From: Macrostomum lignano
Lineage: Eukaryota
Length of the DNA: 64,000 nt
Direction: 5' to 3'
NCBI GenBank assembly: GCA_002269645.1
Contig: NIVC01000633.1
Span: forward strand, 248,001-312,000
Shown: in pieces, positions 1 to 11,043 of the stretch
Numbering within the stretch: position 1 is the first letter of the stretch
Layout of the letters: each line of letters opens with the position of its first letter
Made by a program: the position numbers and the translations under genes
Notes under the pieces: generated by a model
What the model saw: only the letters and a program-made list of their open reading frames with translations
Databases searched by the model: none
What the model was told of the DNA's origin: nothing

Positions 1-27
1 GTGTAGTCAGAGGCAGATTGGTGTGCA

Positions 28-2421
28 GATTTTCCAACCCGCTCTGCAGACGAGGAGGGCGAGTCGCTGAACCAGGCCTACCGCAGCTTCCAGCATCGGC
101 TGCAGCAGTCAGTTTTCCAGCCTCCGCCGCAGCCTCATCAGCGCCAGCGGCTGCTGCAGTCCAACAGCAACGCGGCCGAGATGGCGCCAGACAATGATGA
201 GGATGATGATGAGGCGAGTGATTCTCGCTGGTTGCTAGGCAACAGTCAGCGCCGCTTGGTCGGCTCGCCTCCCAACCAAGAGCGCCATCATCAGCTGACG
301 GGAGACTGGGACTCGCGCCAGTTTGGGTGAGGCTGCCGCTGCATCTCAAGTTTCTCTTTAATATCAGGAAATGCAATACCTGAGTGCGTGCCTGAGGGCT
401 GCTGTACAACTCCAAGCGTGTGTGTGTGTGTGCGTGTGTGTGTGCGTGTGTGTGTGTGTGCGTGTGTGTGTGTGTGCGTGCGTGTGCACCTGTTCATGTG
501 CTTGCTCAGTGTGAGGGGAATGAGCAGGCCCACACGCATCCCCATGCCGGATGCAGCTTGACTGCCGACCCTCCTACAAAAACTGACTAACAATTACCAA
601 TTGCTCAACGATGCTCATAAAAATCCTCGCCGCCCTCCCAATCGCTGATCAGTAGTTGGAGAAGCTCTCAGCAGCAGCAGCAGCAGCAGCACGTGCGGTT
701 TTCACGCGGCCCGCCGCAGGCACCCAGCAGGTTCGCCAGGCACCCTGGAGAGGGGGTTTATTTGAGCTTGGCGGGGTCGGGCTGTGTGCGGATTTTTATC
801 ACTGGGTGAAGCTCTGCGCACCAGAAGTTTATTTGCCTCTTGCTGTTGGACTTTCCTGATTCTACCGCTGATTCTCCCATGTTGCTCTCCCAGCGTTTGT
901 CAGTTTAGTAGTTTCTGGAGTTGCTCTCGTTCAGTTCGGTCACTTGTGTTTTCATTTTTGTGAGCACTTTTATACCCCAGCTTCACCTTTCCACCCTCAT
1001 GTGATCCCATTTCACCCTCATGTGATCCCATTTCACCCTCATGTGATCCATTCCACCCTCATGTGATCCCATTTCACCCTCATGTGACCCCATTCCAACC
1101 TCATGTGACCCCATTCCACCCTCATGTGACCCCATTCCACCCTCATGTGACCCCATTTCACCCTCATGTGATCCCATTCCACCCTCATGTGACCCCATTC
1201 GACCCTCAATATGATCCCATTACGCCCTTATGTGACCCCAGAGCAACTTTTTATGATCCCTCATATCCCTGATTCCAATTTCCTGACCCAATTCTCCCTC
1301 TCTTCATCGCATCCTTCGCATCCGCACAATCCCAACCGAATGAATCCCCACCTGTCAGGTCGGACCCCGCCAGCATCCCCTACGGCGGCATCAGCCTGGA
1401 CAACCTGGAGAAGCGAGGCGACGCGTCGGTGCAGCGCGGAGAAGGCGGCGGCGGTGGCGGCAGCGGGTTGGACAAAACCGAAGCGGAGGCCGCAAAGCCG
1501 GCGAGCCCCAAGCATCTGGCGGCCGTGACCTTTGACCTCGGGACCGCCAGCAGCGGGAAGTCTTCAACAGCTCAGCAGGAGCAGCAAGAGCAGGAGCAGC
1601 AATCTCAGTTTCCGGAGCAGCCTGACCACGGTAGGCGTGACACCCACCCCACCCTCCGCCAGTGAACTACTCAGACTCAAACCCCCACCCTCCATCAGTG
1701 AACTACTCAGGCACTCACCCCACCCTCCGCCAGTGAACTACTCAGACACCCACCCCACCCTCCGCCAGTGAACTACTCAGACACCCACCCCACCCTCCGC
1801 CAGTGAACTACTCAGACACCCACCCCACCCTCCGCCAGTGAACTACTCAGACACCCACCCCACCCTCCACCAGTGAACTACTCAGATACCCACCCAACCC
1901 TCCGCCAGTGAACTACTCAGACACCCACCTCACCCTCCGCCAGTGAACTACTCAGACACCCACCCCACCCTCCGCCAGTGAACTACTCCGGCCACACCTC
2001 GCACGACGTGGGCAGCTCAGGCGACATCCTGGGGCCGCAGGAGGCGCAGAGCCAGCCCGAGACGCTCATGCTGTCCCTGGACGAGACCTGGAAAACTTCC
2101 AAGACCGCCAGCGAAGAAAATCTGGACGATCAACCGGAGAAGCCGGAGGCCGCGGCGGCCGCCCCAGCCGGCGTGGACCCGGTGATGCAGAAGTACATGA
2201 GCATGGTGGCCAAGCGGCGAGAGGAAGAGAAGCAGGGGCAGCAGCGGCCTCCTGAGCCGCCCAAAGCCCGCAGCCGCGTCACGGTGAGCTACAGCCCGGA
2301 CCCCAGCGACGAGGACGAAGGCGGCATCAGCGACGGCGGCGGGGGCCGCGGCGGCAACGCTGGCAGGGACTCGAGCGACGCCTCTGACCCGAAGAAGGAC
2401 AACAGCGAGGGTTTCTGGTGA
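28..2421 (+). CDS. OFD1: 3' exons of an OFD1-like centriolar protein (exons ~28-326, possibly ~656-730, ~1357-1630, ~1990-2421)
   Basis: The first exon reads EEGESLNQAYRSFQHRL, which resembles OFD1 EAERLEKAFRSYHRRV. The last exon has DPVMQKYMSMV, which resembles NPLEKYMKII, and an acidic C-terminus ending in W (DNSEGFW*). GT donors at ~327 and ~1631. The middle exon needs a frameshift. Recognition is from memory of the family. Confidence 0.55.
982..1215. repeat. Intronic 21-bp minisatellite (CCACCCTCATGTGACCCCATT-like)
   Basis: Tandem copies are directly visible and give the MGSHEGG pseudo-ORF. Confidence 0.95.
1640..1990. repeat. Intronic 35-bp minisatellite (CAGTGAACTACTCAGACACCCACCCCACCCTCCGC)
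   Basis: About 10 tandem copies between the ~1631 donor and the last exon. Confidence 0.95.
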
Positions 2422-3219
2422 TCTTTGATGAATATTTTTAGTCTGTCCGGTCCCATTCAGACTACTGATTGTTAGTAGGAGAAAGCGCGATTTTTTAGCC
2501 TTTTTTGTTTGCTTTCTTTCCGTCCAGTGGCGACTTACTTAGAATCAACTTTGGACCGCTTTTTGAACAAGTCTTTTTAATTAGGCTGTGATGAGTCCCT
2601 CAGCGTCCGGCATCAGGCTGGGTCCGATGCTCACTCTATTCTTTTAATTAATAAAAATGCTATTTAAATTAATGGAAACTTATCAAATATCCCATTGATG
2701 CGCTAATATTGCTACTCATCTAACTAAGACCAGTAGAGCAGTAGTGTCCTTGGCGTCTTTTTGTTTATAGGGAGTCTTGTAATAAACTTGATAAATTATT
2801 GCTAGTTTCAAGAGCGGTTTACTAAACAAGTAACTTATATAATTTGGTTTTTGCAGACTTGATAAATATAAATTGAAGCTCTTCTGCAGATTTTGTTTAT
2901 TTTTAGCGTCTGTTTGCTAAGAGTAAAATATGATTTGCAGATCCTGTCCACATGCGAAGTTGACCCAGAGAGGTTAATAGAGGTGAATTCTGGCAACCAG
3001 TATTCCTACTTTCTCTGTACATGCAGTGCATTTCTTCGAAACAGACTTCAAGCACCATCCAGCCTCCAATCCAGCTTCTTCTGTCTATACTATTCGTAAA
3101 TCTCCAATCCAGCTTCTTCTGTCTAAACTATTCGTAAATCTCCAATCAAAGTTTTTTGTTTGTATGTAACGCTCTAGAGATTGAACCGATTGGCCTTCTT
3201 CATCATCATCATCATTATT

Positions 3220-3271
<52 letters not shown>

Positions 3272-4527
3272 CAATCACAATATACTAAATCTCTAAGGTT
3301 TGTCTGACTGGTATTTCAGTCTTCATCAGCACAATCTTCACAATATACTTAAAACTCCATTAGAAACTGCGATCCATTGGTGCGGCGCCGGCGTCAGCCA
3401 GCAGGGAGTCGACGTAACGCCGAGTGCGCGCCTGCCCCCGCTAGTAGGATGTCTGCAGCATCAGAAGCAGAACCTCGAGTATGAATAAATGGCTATTGAG
3501 TGTGAGGAATGGCTATTGAGTGTTAAGAAATGGCTATATTGAGTGTGAGAAAATGGCTATTGAGTGTTAGGGAATATATGGCTATTGAGTGTGACTTCTC
3601 ACTATTGTTTCTAACTCATTCGAACAAGTTCTTCTAATCATAAAAGTGAAAGCTATGGGAAATTTTTCTGTAGTTGAACTGTTTCAACTGTGTTCAGATG
3701 AAAAAAACAGCCTTAATCGTAAGTGGCTACTAACAGCAGGGAGCGAAGCTGTTAATTTTTGCGCGTGGGTCTAATTGCCAGTCTACTGATCAGTTCCACT
3801 ATGACTGGCAGGCATCGGGAGATGGCACAGATTTGAGGGTTTAAAGGCTATAAAAGTACAAGTACAAAGTGGAAAATACATAAAAGTGCATGTTGTACCT
3901 TAGTTAACCAGTGGAATCGAATGGTCAATGTTTGCAAAATCCTGTTAGCCAACATTATCACCTGTTCACTGCTTACTGAGCAAAGAGAAAGAAATGTGCG
4001 ACAGGTTTGGCCACAAGCATTGAAATATTCTGTAATATTAGCTCGAGTTCACACATCACAACCAGTGCAGCTTGGCTCTCAGCAAGCCGTTCATCCCGCT
4101 TATTCACTCAGTCCATCGTGCACTGCCCACACAGCAGCTGCAGCTCTCTGTCGGGTCAACAAAACACCAGCTTGTTTTCGTCGAAGCGTTTGCCATTGTG
4201 CAAAGCCAAACTCATGGTTTGCATCGTCATGACTTGCGAATCCTGCAGCGTGTCGCACTCGAACTTGTCGATGGAGAACCCCTTCGACAAGCGGGAGGCT
4301 GGCCAGACCAGCTTTGACGCGTTGGCTGCAGTGGCACTGCTGCCGAGAACGTGCTTCGATAGCTGGCAAAACTTGCCCACCGCCGCCAGAACATGGCGGA
4401 ACTCCTTCAGCTCGGCGAGAAAATCGTCGCCCAAGGCGCGTATACGATGCAGGAGTCTGGCCTCCGCAGCTTCGTAAAGTTGGAAGTCGACTGGACTCCA
4501 GCGACGGTGAAGCTCGACGAGGTCGGG

Positions 4528-5183
4528 ACTACTATATGAACCCGTAAGGCTTGATTTTGCGAAGGTCCGTCGGGCTGATGTCGGCCTCTAGCACCGCGGC
4601 AAGGTGCTCCCTCGGGGTGTACCACCTCCCCCGGGGTGTACCTCCAGCGGGGTGGGCGTCCAGCAAGTGTACCTCCAGCGGGGTGGGCCTCCCGCGAGTG
4701 TACATCCGGCCGGCTGGGCGTCCAGCGAGTGTACCTTCAGCGCATGGGCCTCCCTCGGGGTGTACATCCGGCGGGGGGATTCCCGCCCCTCCCACCAATG
4801 TCGTGTGCACGCGGTTAGTGTAGGAAGGAAACCCCCGATGCTGACGCAGCCCTGTACACTGAGCAACCGGCCCCCATGCGGGGGACAGAGAGCAGCCCCT
4901 GTAGCAGGAGGGGTAGTGCGTGGAGAGCCGCCATCCCCCTGTAGCAAGGGACAGATAACAGGCGGCCCCCTGTAGCAGTATGAGGTGGGGTACAAAGAGA
5001 CACGGGGTGCTGGGACAGAGAGTGCGTGGAGGCACCCTGCGCTGCCCTGGCATGTCGCAGCACGCGGCGTGGACAGAGAGGGAGTGTGAGTCACACGGAG
5101 GGACAGAGAGCTTCCCCAGGCCGGGGTGGTAGAGGGACAGACCGGCGGTGAGTGATAGAGAGCTCCCCCCAGGGCAGTAGAGG
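4528..5183. repeat. Left terminal inverted repeat (~655 bp)
   Basis: Reverse complement of 14384-15051; for example TTGATTTTGCGAAGGTCCGTCGGGCTGATGTCGGCCTCTAGCACCGCGGCAAGGTGCTCCCTCGGGG matches exactly. The inner boundary is approximate. Confidence 0.93.
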
Positions 5184-5264
5184 ACTTGAAAAGAAAAAAC
5201 ACGTATTTTAGTTGTTTCAGGTTCAGGCCATCCGGCAAACAGAGCAAAGCTCTCCAACAGTGTT

Positions 5265-5918
5265 TTATTTAGCATAAACTACGGGGTAGCGCCCCAACAC
5301 ATTAGCATAGTAGCGAACAGATGCGTTCTGCAAGCAATTAACAATCAAGTAGGAGTAGGGCTCCCTAGTGGCGTCTTCGTACATTTGAACAAAACTTTTT
5401 GGGTTAGCGGGGACAAGCTGCTTTGCAATATGGGCGACTGTACTAACGTCCCGTACATTGCGGAACAATACAAGGTAGTTTGCGTTAAGGGATTGAGTGC
5501 GGTGCTCCTTGCCCTTGGCAAACAGGTTTTGTACAAGGTACCAAAGCCGGAATCCCACATGGCTGACTTTGCGAGTGAAAAATGCGGTAAAAGCAGCGTT
5601 TTTTTCCATGGCTTGCATTTGATCATCGACAACGAGTAGAATATTCGGAGCGGGAACATAGGTTTCAGGGTTAAATGTAGACGAGCGAAAATTGACAGGG
5701 TACGGTAATTCAAACAGTTCCGGGTCTGGATAGTGCCCAAACCAATCAACGCGAACAGGCTTAGGGTCCTGAAAAAACTCGTTTCGCAGCAATTCTTTAA
5801 CAAGAGTTGTTTTTCCGCTCTGGTTAACACCAGCAAAAATCGCCGAAGTATTTGGAGCAAACTTTAGAGCGTCAGGATCAATTGTTTGGTACATTTTCAG
5901 GGCGAGTTGACACTCCAA
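5265..5918 (-). CDS. A32/FtsK-like genome-packaging ATPase (likely ATG at 5894)
   Basis: Walker A GVNQSGKT, Walker B LLVVDD, then RKVSH..FRLWYLVQNLF..RTQSLNANYLVLFRNVRD, typical of Polinton packaging ATPases. Confidence 0.92.
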   Translation of the reverse strand: MECQLALKMYQTIDPDALKFAPNTSAIFAGVNQSGKTTLVKELLRNEFFQDPKPVRVDWFGHYPDPELFELPYPVNFRSSTFNPETYVPAPNILLVVDDQMQAMEKNAAFTAFFTRKVSHVGFRLWYLVQNLFAKGKEHRTQSLNANYLVLFRNVRDVSTVAHIAKQLVPANPKSFVQMYEDATREPYSYLIVNCLQNASVRYYANVLGRYPVVYAK

Positions 5919-5928
5919 ATATTAAAAA

Positions 5929-6366
5929 CTATTTTATTTGTAGAACATGTTTTCGAACCATCAAATCATTTTCAAGCAGATTGGTAGAGTAACATTCCCT
6001 TAAAATCTTTTCAATCGACAACCCCTCTAAAAAGTGCTTTTCGGCCACAAAAATCACATGCGGCCCACACGCTACACTTAGAGGGTGTTGAACAGGGTGG
6101 CGATTCATAGCAACAGGTGAATGTACATGCTTCGAGATCCAAGCCGAGAGCAATTCCGGCACGGGTTCAATACACAGAGGGTCAAAAAATGTCACACTCT
6201 TATCATCGTGTAGGCAAATCAGTCCCCAGTGGGTGCCTGGCAGATTACCCGTGTCAAAATTAATTACATATGCAGCAGGGTAAACAGGTGCAGGAATTCT
6301 GTCGAGAGGGCAAACGTGCACTTCCACAGGTAGTTTTAAACACTCCAAAATTTCCAACGTGTTCAT
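5929..6366 (-). CDS. Adenain-like cysteine maturation protease
   Basis: Catalytic pattern INFD..GTHW...FFDP...VQHPLSVACG (H, D, Q, C). Confidence 0.9.
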   Translation of the reverse strand: MNTLEILECLKLPVEVHVCPLDRIPAPVYPAAYVINFDTGNLPGTHWGLICLHDDKSVTFFDPLCIEPVPELLSAWISKHVHSPVAMNRHPVQHPLSVACGPHVIFVAEKHFLEGLSIEKILRECYSTNLLENDLMVRKHVLQIK

Positions 6367-7646
6367 ACGTAGTCCAGAATGGGCTGGCGGCCTCTAGTGA
6401 TTTGCACCGCGTTGTCAAAGTAACCAAACACCAAAACGTTAATCCCGGCAGGTAGGGCTGCAGAAAACTTTATCTGTAGGGTCAGATTCCCTCTCTCGCG
6501 AGGCATGCTATGTCCACCCAGTTCCATATCGGGCATTAGATTCCACGCAAATAAGCAGTAACCGGCGCGATAATCCGAATATGACAGGTCAATGTCCAAA
6601 TCGCGATTCATTTTCCCTAGGCTCTTAAACAGCATGGCGTATTCGCGAGCATAGTTTTGGGCAGCGAACCTTGGAGTGAATGGTTGACCGCACAGACTGA
6701 CACCGTCCTTGTACAGGGCCACACTGTCAGCCCCAAATGGCTCGAAATTGAACGGATTATGGGTAGCCACCCCGTTATATGCGGCACTATTTACCATCCC
6801 CATAATGACAAGTTTAGGCTTCTGCTCCGGGAAAATATTATTGATTGACACGTCGCGAACTCCTACAGCGACAGAGGTGTTGTGTACAACGAGGCGCTCG
6901 ATGGGGTAGACTGCATTCTGAGTTGCCAGCTGTTCTTCAATCTCCAAGGCCAGTTGGGGGTTAGCCTTTACCCGACGAACGTGTAATTTTGCACTTTGAA
7001 GAACCAACTTTGCATCAACCCCTTCGGCGTGATTCTCTACAACGAATCCCGAATTTTGCAGAGTGAGCGTAACCACCATATCAGTGTAGGGTAGCAGCAT
7101 ACGATCGTTGGTGACAAAAAAGTCGAGACTAAGAGGGCCATACAGGTGAAATGTTCGAGAACCGGCAGCCATCGCCTTGCGAGTTACAAAGCCAGGATTT
7201 CCAACCGCAGCCATTTGACCCCCAGCGTCTTTAGCGTAGCCCATCATCCGCAGTTGGTTAGACTTTGAATCAGACCCATAACTCAAGCATGTACGAATGT
7301 ACGCCTTGTAGGCATGGTTGTTGTTGCTAGACTCGATATGTGTACCATTTATGGAAAGAGACACGTTTTTGAACATGGTCTCCAAGAGGTAATTGATTGG
7401 CGCCACGTTTGAATCCGCCGCCAAATCGGCTCCATTAGCTCTTTTAATACAACCTTTAATCTCGAGATCAATGTCATTAAGATCGACAAACGTCTCGCCG
7501 CCCACAATTCTAAACTCAACCACACTCGCATTTTCGACGCTGGCAACCGGGTGGATTTCTTCAGTAGTTGAACCTACAGCGGCAATCTGGTGGGCTCGAG
7601 GGGCAAAGAGCTCAAACTCGGACTTTGTACACAGACACTCGGACAT
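6363..7646 (-). CDS. Major capsid protein (double jelly-roll, Polinton type)
   Basis: 427 aa, with N-terminal C.KSEFELF...EIHP...VEFRI.G.ETFVDL and C-terminal Y..GYCLFAWNLMPD...GNLTLQIKF..ALP..INVLVFGYFDN..I...R. Confidence 0.9.
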   Translation of the reverse strand: MSECLCTKSEFELFAPRAHQIAAVGSTTEEIHPVASVENASVVEFRIVGGETFVDLNDIDLEIKGCIKRANGADLAADSNVAPINYLLETMFKNVSLSINGTHIESSNNNHAYKAYIRTCLSYGSDSKSNQLRMMGYAKDAGGQMAAVGNPGFVTRKAMAAGSRTFHLYGPLSLDFFVTNDRMLLPYTDMVVTLTLQNSGFVVENHAEGVDAKLVLQSAKLHVRRVKANPQLALEIEEQLATQNAVYPIERLVVHNTSVAVGVRDVSINNIFPEQKPKLVIMGMVNSAAYNGVATHNPFNFEPFGADSVALYKDGVSLCGQPFTPRFAAQNYAREYAMLFKSLGKMNRDLDIDLSYSDYRAGYCLFAWNLMPDMELGGHSMPRERGNLTLQIKFSAALPAGINVLVFGYFDNAVQITRGRQPILDYV

Positions 7647-7675
7647 GTTTAGTAGACAGACTCGATTCGGCGAAT

Positions 7676-8020
7676 CTAATTGAAGCGGGGCTTTTTATTT
7701 ATAGTGCTGAAAATGTCTGAATTGAGACGCTTCGGAGCCTTTTTTCTTCTTCGTCCGCTACCCCTTTGGGTAACCGTGTCTTTAAAGGCGTCCTTGGCAG
7801 CCTGAACAGAATTGCGCAGGACAGACTCCTTCAAATTGCCTCCTTGCTCGAGGCTATCGTTAACAGTAGTTGCTAGGGCTCTAGTACCATGACGGAGAAC
7901 GTTTTTACCAAAACTCTTTAGAATTGGCAGCGCGAAGCGGGCAATGCTTCCAAACAAACCGTTGCCCCTCTGGGCGCCCGCGAAAACAGGCAAAGCTCCA
8001 CCAATCAGAATAGAAGGCAT
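7676..8020 (-). CDS. Small basic virion/core protein with QRGxG motif and amphipathic helix
   Basis: QRGNGLFGSIARFALPILKSFGKNVL..G...KESV and a second QRGSGRRRKK. It lies between the penton and MCP genes. Confidence 0.7.
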   Translation of the reverse strand: MPSILIGGALPVFAGAQRGNGLFGSIARFALPILKSFGKNVLRHGTRALATTVNDSLEQGGNLKESVLRNSVQAAKDAFKDTVTQRGSGRRRKKAPKRLNSDIFSTINKKPRFN

Positions 8021-8063
8021 GATTAAGCACTAGGATATAGTTTACTGAGGCTGTGCTGTTTAT

Positions 8064-9199
8064 TTATAGCTTCTTTTCGCGGATGTTAACGCTCAAGACG
8101 GTCTTGCCCCTCATTACTTTTGTCATATCCCTGCCCATATCATCGTTAATTTGTACTTCAATAGTTTTGAATGGGTGCTTAACCAGCGGTAGATATGCCG
8201 GATTGACAAACTCGTAGTACTCGCGACCGCCCTGAACTTTGGGATCCATCGGTATAGCTCCCAACAGAGGAACTTTAACGTCTCCTACAATAACAGAATC
8301 GACTATGCTCGAATAGATGTACATTGTTTGTATTCCACCGGTTAATTCCATTGATGTGGCTGAAAGTCCGATATACCGAAAAATGGGGTTGTATAATCAT
8401 GCTCTGGGAAACCAAGCATGCCGGTCAAGCGCCCCAGCCCAAACATGTAATCCATCGAGCCAATGTAATAACACCTATTCGTAACTTCGCTGTATCCGAA
8501 AAAGTCCGTTCTAGGTGCTGGAGCCGCTATGAGATCTTTGATCCGTTTCCAAATTAAATCGTTGAGTTCCTCCACCATTCTTTTAGGTGTACTATAGTAT
8601 CCTCCCTGCATAAAAAATATTTGATCAGACGCTGCGCTAGTAACTTGTCTTATTATTGGAGCATGGTCCATTGACTGCACAGTCGGTTCCTCAACAACTG
8701 CGGTGATGGAGGCTGCACACCCCGCGTGTAATACGAGTTCAGTAGGTAGATCCTCATTAGACTCGAAGCCGGCGACTAGTTTAAACACCTTGGGTAGGGT
8801 ATCCGGGAATTTGATGCCGACGGTGGATTTTGAAGTATTCACAATCATAAAGGCGGTTGGGGATGTTCTTAAAAAGACAATTTTCTTATTATCCCCTTCA
8901 ACGTATCGGATACCGTTTAGAAAGCCGGAAATACATTCTTCAGGGGTTTTCAGACCCGCTGCGAGACAAAGGTTTGCAAACGACGAAGCCGTCAAGAGGC
9001 CCTCCTGTTCGCGAATGGTGATCGGTATAGATTTTTTGAAAGATTCAAATTCTTTGGTAAAGTAGATCCGTTCGAGGCAAACCTCATGATTCGGAAAGTG
9101 GAGAGTGTCCGGTAAATTAATAAAATAATGAGCCGGATTATTTTCGGGATAGTGCTCGGGGCACGCATTGCTAGGCAGAAAGAGATGCATGGTAGCCAT
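8064..9199 (-). CDS. Minor capsid protein (penton, single jelly-roll), split by a frameshift at ~8345-8351
   Basis: N-terminus LFLPSN..YPENNPAHYFINLP.TL...EVCLERI. The C-terminal part (8351-8064) is GG..TMYIYSSIV..VIVGDVKVPLL...Y.PL..F.TIEVQI.DD.G. One added base joins the two. Confidence 0.85.
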
Positions 9200-9202
9200 G
9201 CA

Positions 9203-10300
9203 TTAGTTATTATTACGTTGACGTATATTTATAACTTCATTTACAGGTACAAATGAATTAAAAGTGTCGGGATAACCGCGCCAGCTAACGTAATGGTGCG
9301 CAACACCATTTATTAACACGTTTCTACGCAAAACTTTATTGATTACAAAACGCTCGGGTCGGGTAGATTTGGACAGTTCATTGTAGTAAAACCGTCCCTC
9401 AATCACTTCACCAGACAAATCAGAAATACGATAAAAATGTGGGGGTCCAGGACAAACTTTGGATATAATGTACACCTCCTCACTATACATGTCGTACGCC
9501 TCCTTGTCGAATGCCCGCGAGATTTCGAAATTCTCACAAAATCCCCCTTTTTATATACGGGTCGTCTTTTTGCTGATCCGGGTAGAGCTTTTCCCACACA
9601 CGCTTCTGATTGTGGAACCCTACACTTGACGGTTTCATCTCAATAGTAGAATGCGTCGTGTTGTTGTAATTACCTACCAAATTGGTAAGTAGTCAACCCA
9701 ACGCCACGTGTTGTTGTGCTCAAAGTAGCGAGCCAGACGCTTTCGAAGAGTTCTAATCAGCCTCTCGGCCATGTTTGCCTTGTACACAGAGTTGGTGCTG
9801 TACATTTTAACATTATTGTCTTTTAGTATGCGGCGCATTCGCTGATTATAAAACTCGGTACCCCGATCCACGTGCAGGTAAAGGGGGCGGGCAGGGAAAT
9901 CATTCGCCAACATTGACTCAAACGCTGCGGGGGTATCACTCTTTAGTTTAATTGCCCTACAAAAAGCCTGCTTACTAAGCACATCAATAACAACTAGTAT
10001 ATATTTATGTCCGTCATTCCAACGTTTGTATCGCGACATGTCCATCAAATCGGCTTGTAGAGTTTCCATGAATCCTCCCGACATTACTTTTCCCGTTTTA
10101 AATGTCCTGTTGACTCTCCGGTGACGGGTGTAACTCGGTTGGGTTTCTAGCCATTCCCTGGTTTGGCGTCTTGTCAGGTTTGGCGCCAGACGTTTGGCCT
10201 CCTGATAGACACGGGCAGCATTTGAAAAAGCGGCGGCTCCTTGTTCGTAAACTCGACGAAGAGCGGTTAGAGCCCTCATTGACAACAAGTGTGGATGCAC
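9203..10300 (-). CDS. Retroviral-type (rve) integrase with C-terminal chromo-like domain; three -1 frameshifts (~9680, ~9570, ~9515); likely ATG at 10279
   Basis: DDE core QADLMD / HVDRGTEF / AERLIRTL. The continuation reads LVGNYNNTTHSTIEMKP, then VYKKGDFVRISK, then AFDKEAYDMYSEEVY...EGRFYYNEL, and ends KVL....YVSWRGYPDTFNSF. Confidence 0.92.
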
Positions 10301-10412
10301 AGCATGAATAGTTGCACGTAATGTCGGCTGGGGAGTTGTCTACACAAAGCTTTGACGCGGCGGCTGCTGCGCCCATGACCGCCGGGCGCGCGGTTATGTT
10401 TGGACTAGGGTT

Positions 10413-11043
10413 CTATTTATAAAGAGTCACGTATTTTTTCTTTTTCTCGGGTGGTCTTAGTTGGTAATCGTGATATTTACCCACCCCGGTACCTTGATCC
10501 ACAAGTTTGGGCATAGCATTTACACCTTTGTTGCGCGTGGTCGTTAAATCGCGGGTGTCTGTCGCAATTGTGTGCTCATATTCATCGCGGTAATCGTCGG
10601 TACCAACCAATGGTCAACCTTCTTTTCCTCCACAGGGAGCTGTTTCCGACCGAGCATAGACATTGGTATACGGGCCTTGTCTAGCAGAGCCCAGAAAGCG
10701 GTCGAATATTTCGGGTGATTATTAGTGTTGGTGGTGACGGCTTGTAGAAGATCAAAAACGTTGCTGCCACCCCAAGTTTCACCATCAAAAACGACTTCCC
10801 ACGATTGGTTGTAATTTAGGCTGGGGTGCTTTTCTGTTAGTATATTCCATATACGTTGTTGCCTATCAGAAAATAGCTGCTTTGTCGTCTTTGGGGTTTT
10901 ACTTTAGCCAATTGGGTCTGTAGCTTTGCATTGTACTCTACAAGTTTTTCGTACTCCGATTTTGGGGCAATTTCTCGCGGAGTACCCTGTCTAAGCTGAT
11001 TGAATTCCTCCTCGGGGACCACAACGTACTTGTCCATTTTCAA
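10413..11043 (-). CDS. Conserved Polinton-type protein of unknown function, split by two frameshifts
   Basis: The middle frame, which has no start codon, reads WEVVFDGETWGGSNVFDLLQAV...AFWALLDKARIPMSML, resembling the G..I.GSNI.DL Polinton family. It is flanked by the 68-aa and 65-aa ORFs, and each join needs one added base. Confidence 0.6.

Noticed and set aside
4522-4540. CACTA/EnSpm transposon (ends resemble CACTA)
   Set aside because: The left end is preceded by G, not C; the TSD is 6 bp, not 2-3 bp; and the coding content is Polinton-type.
4532-5275. Overlapping ORFs of 60-250 aa inside both TIRs (also 14308-15028)
   Set aside because: These are GC-rich repeat sequence open in several frames on both strands, with no family motifs and frames not conserved between the two TIRs.
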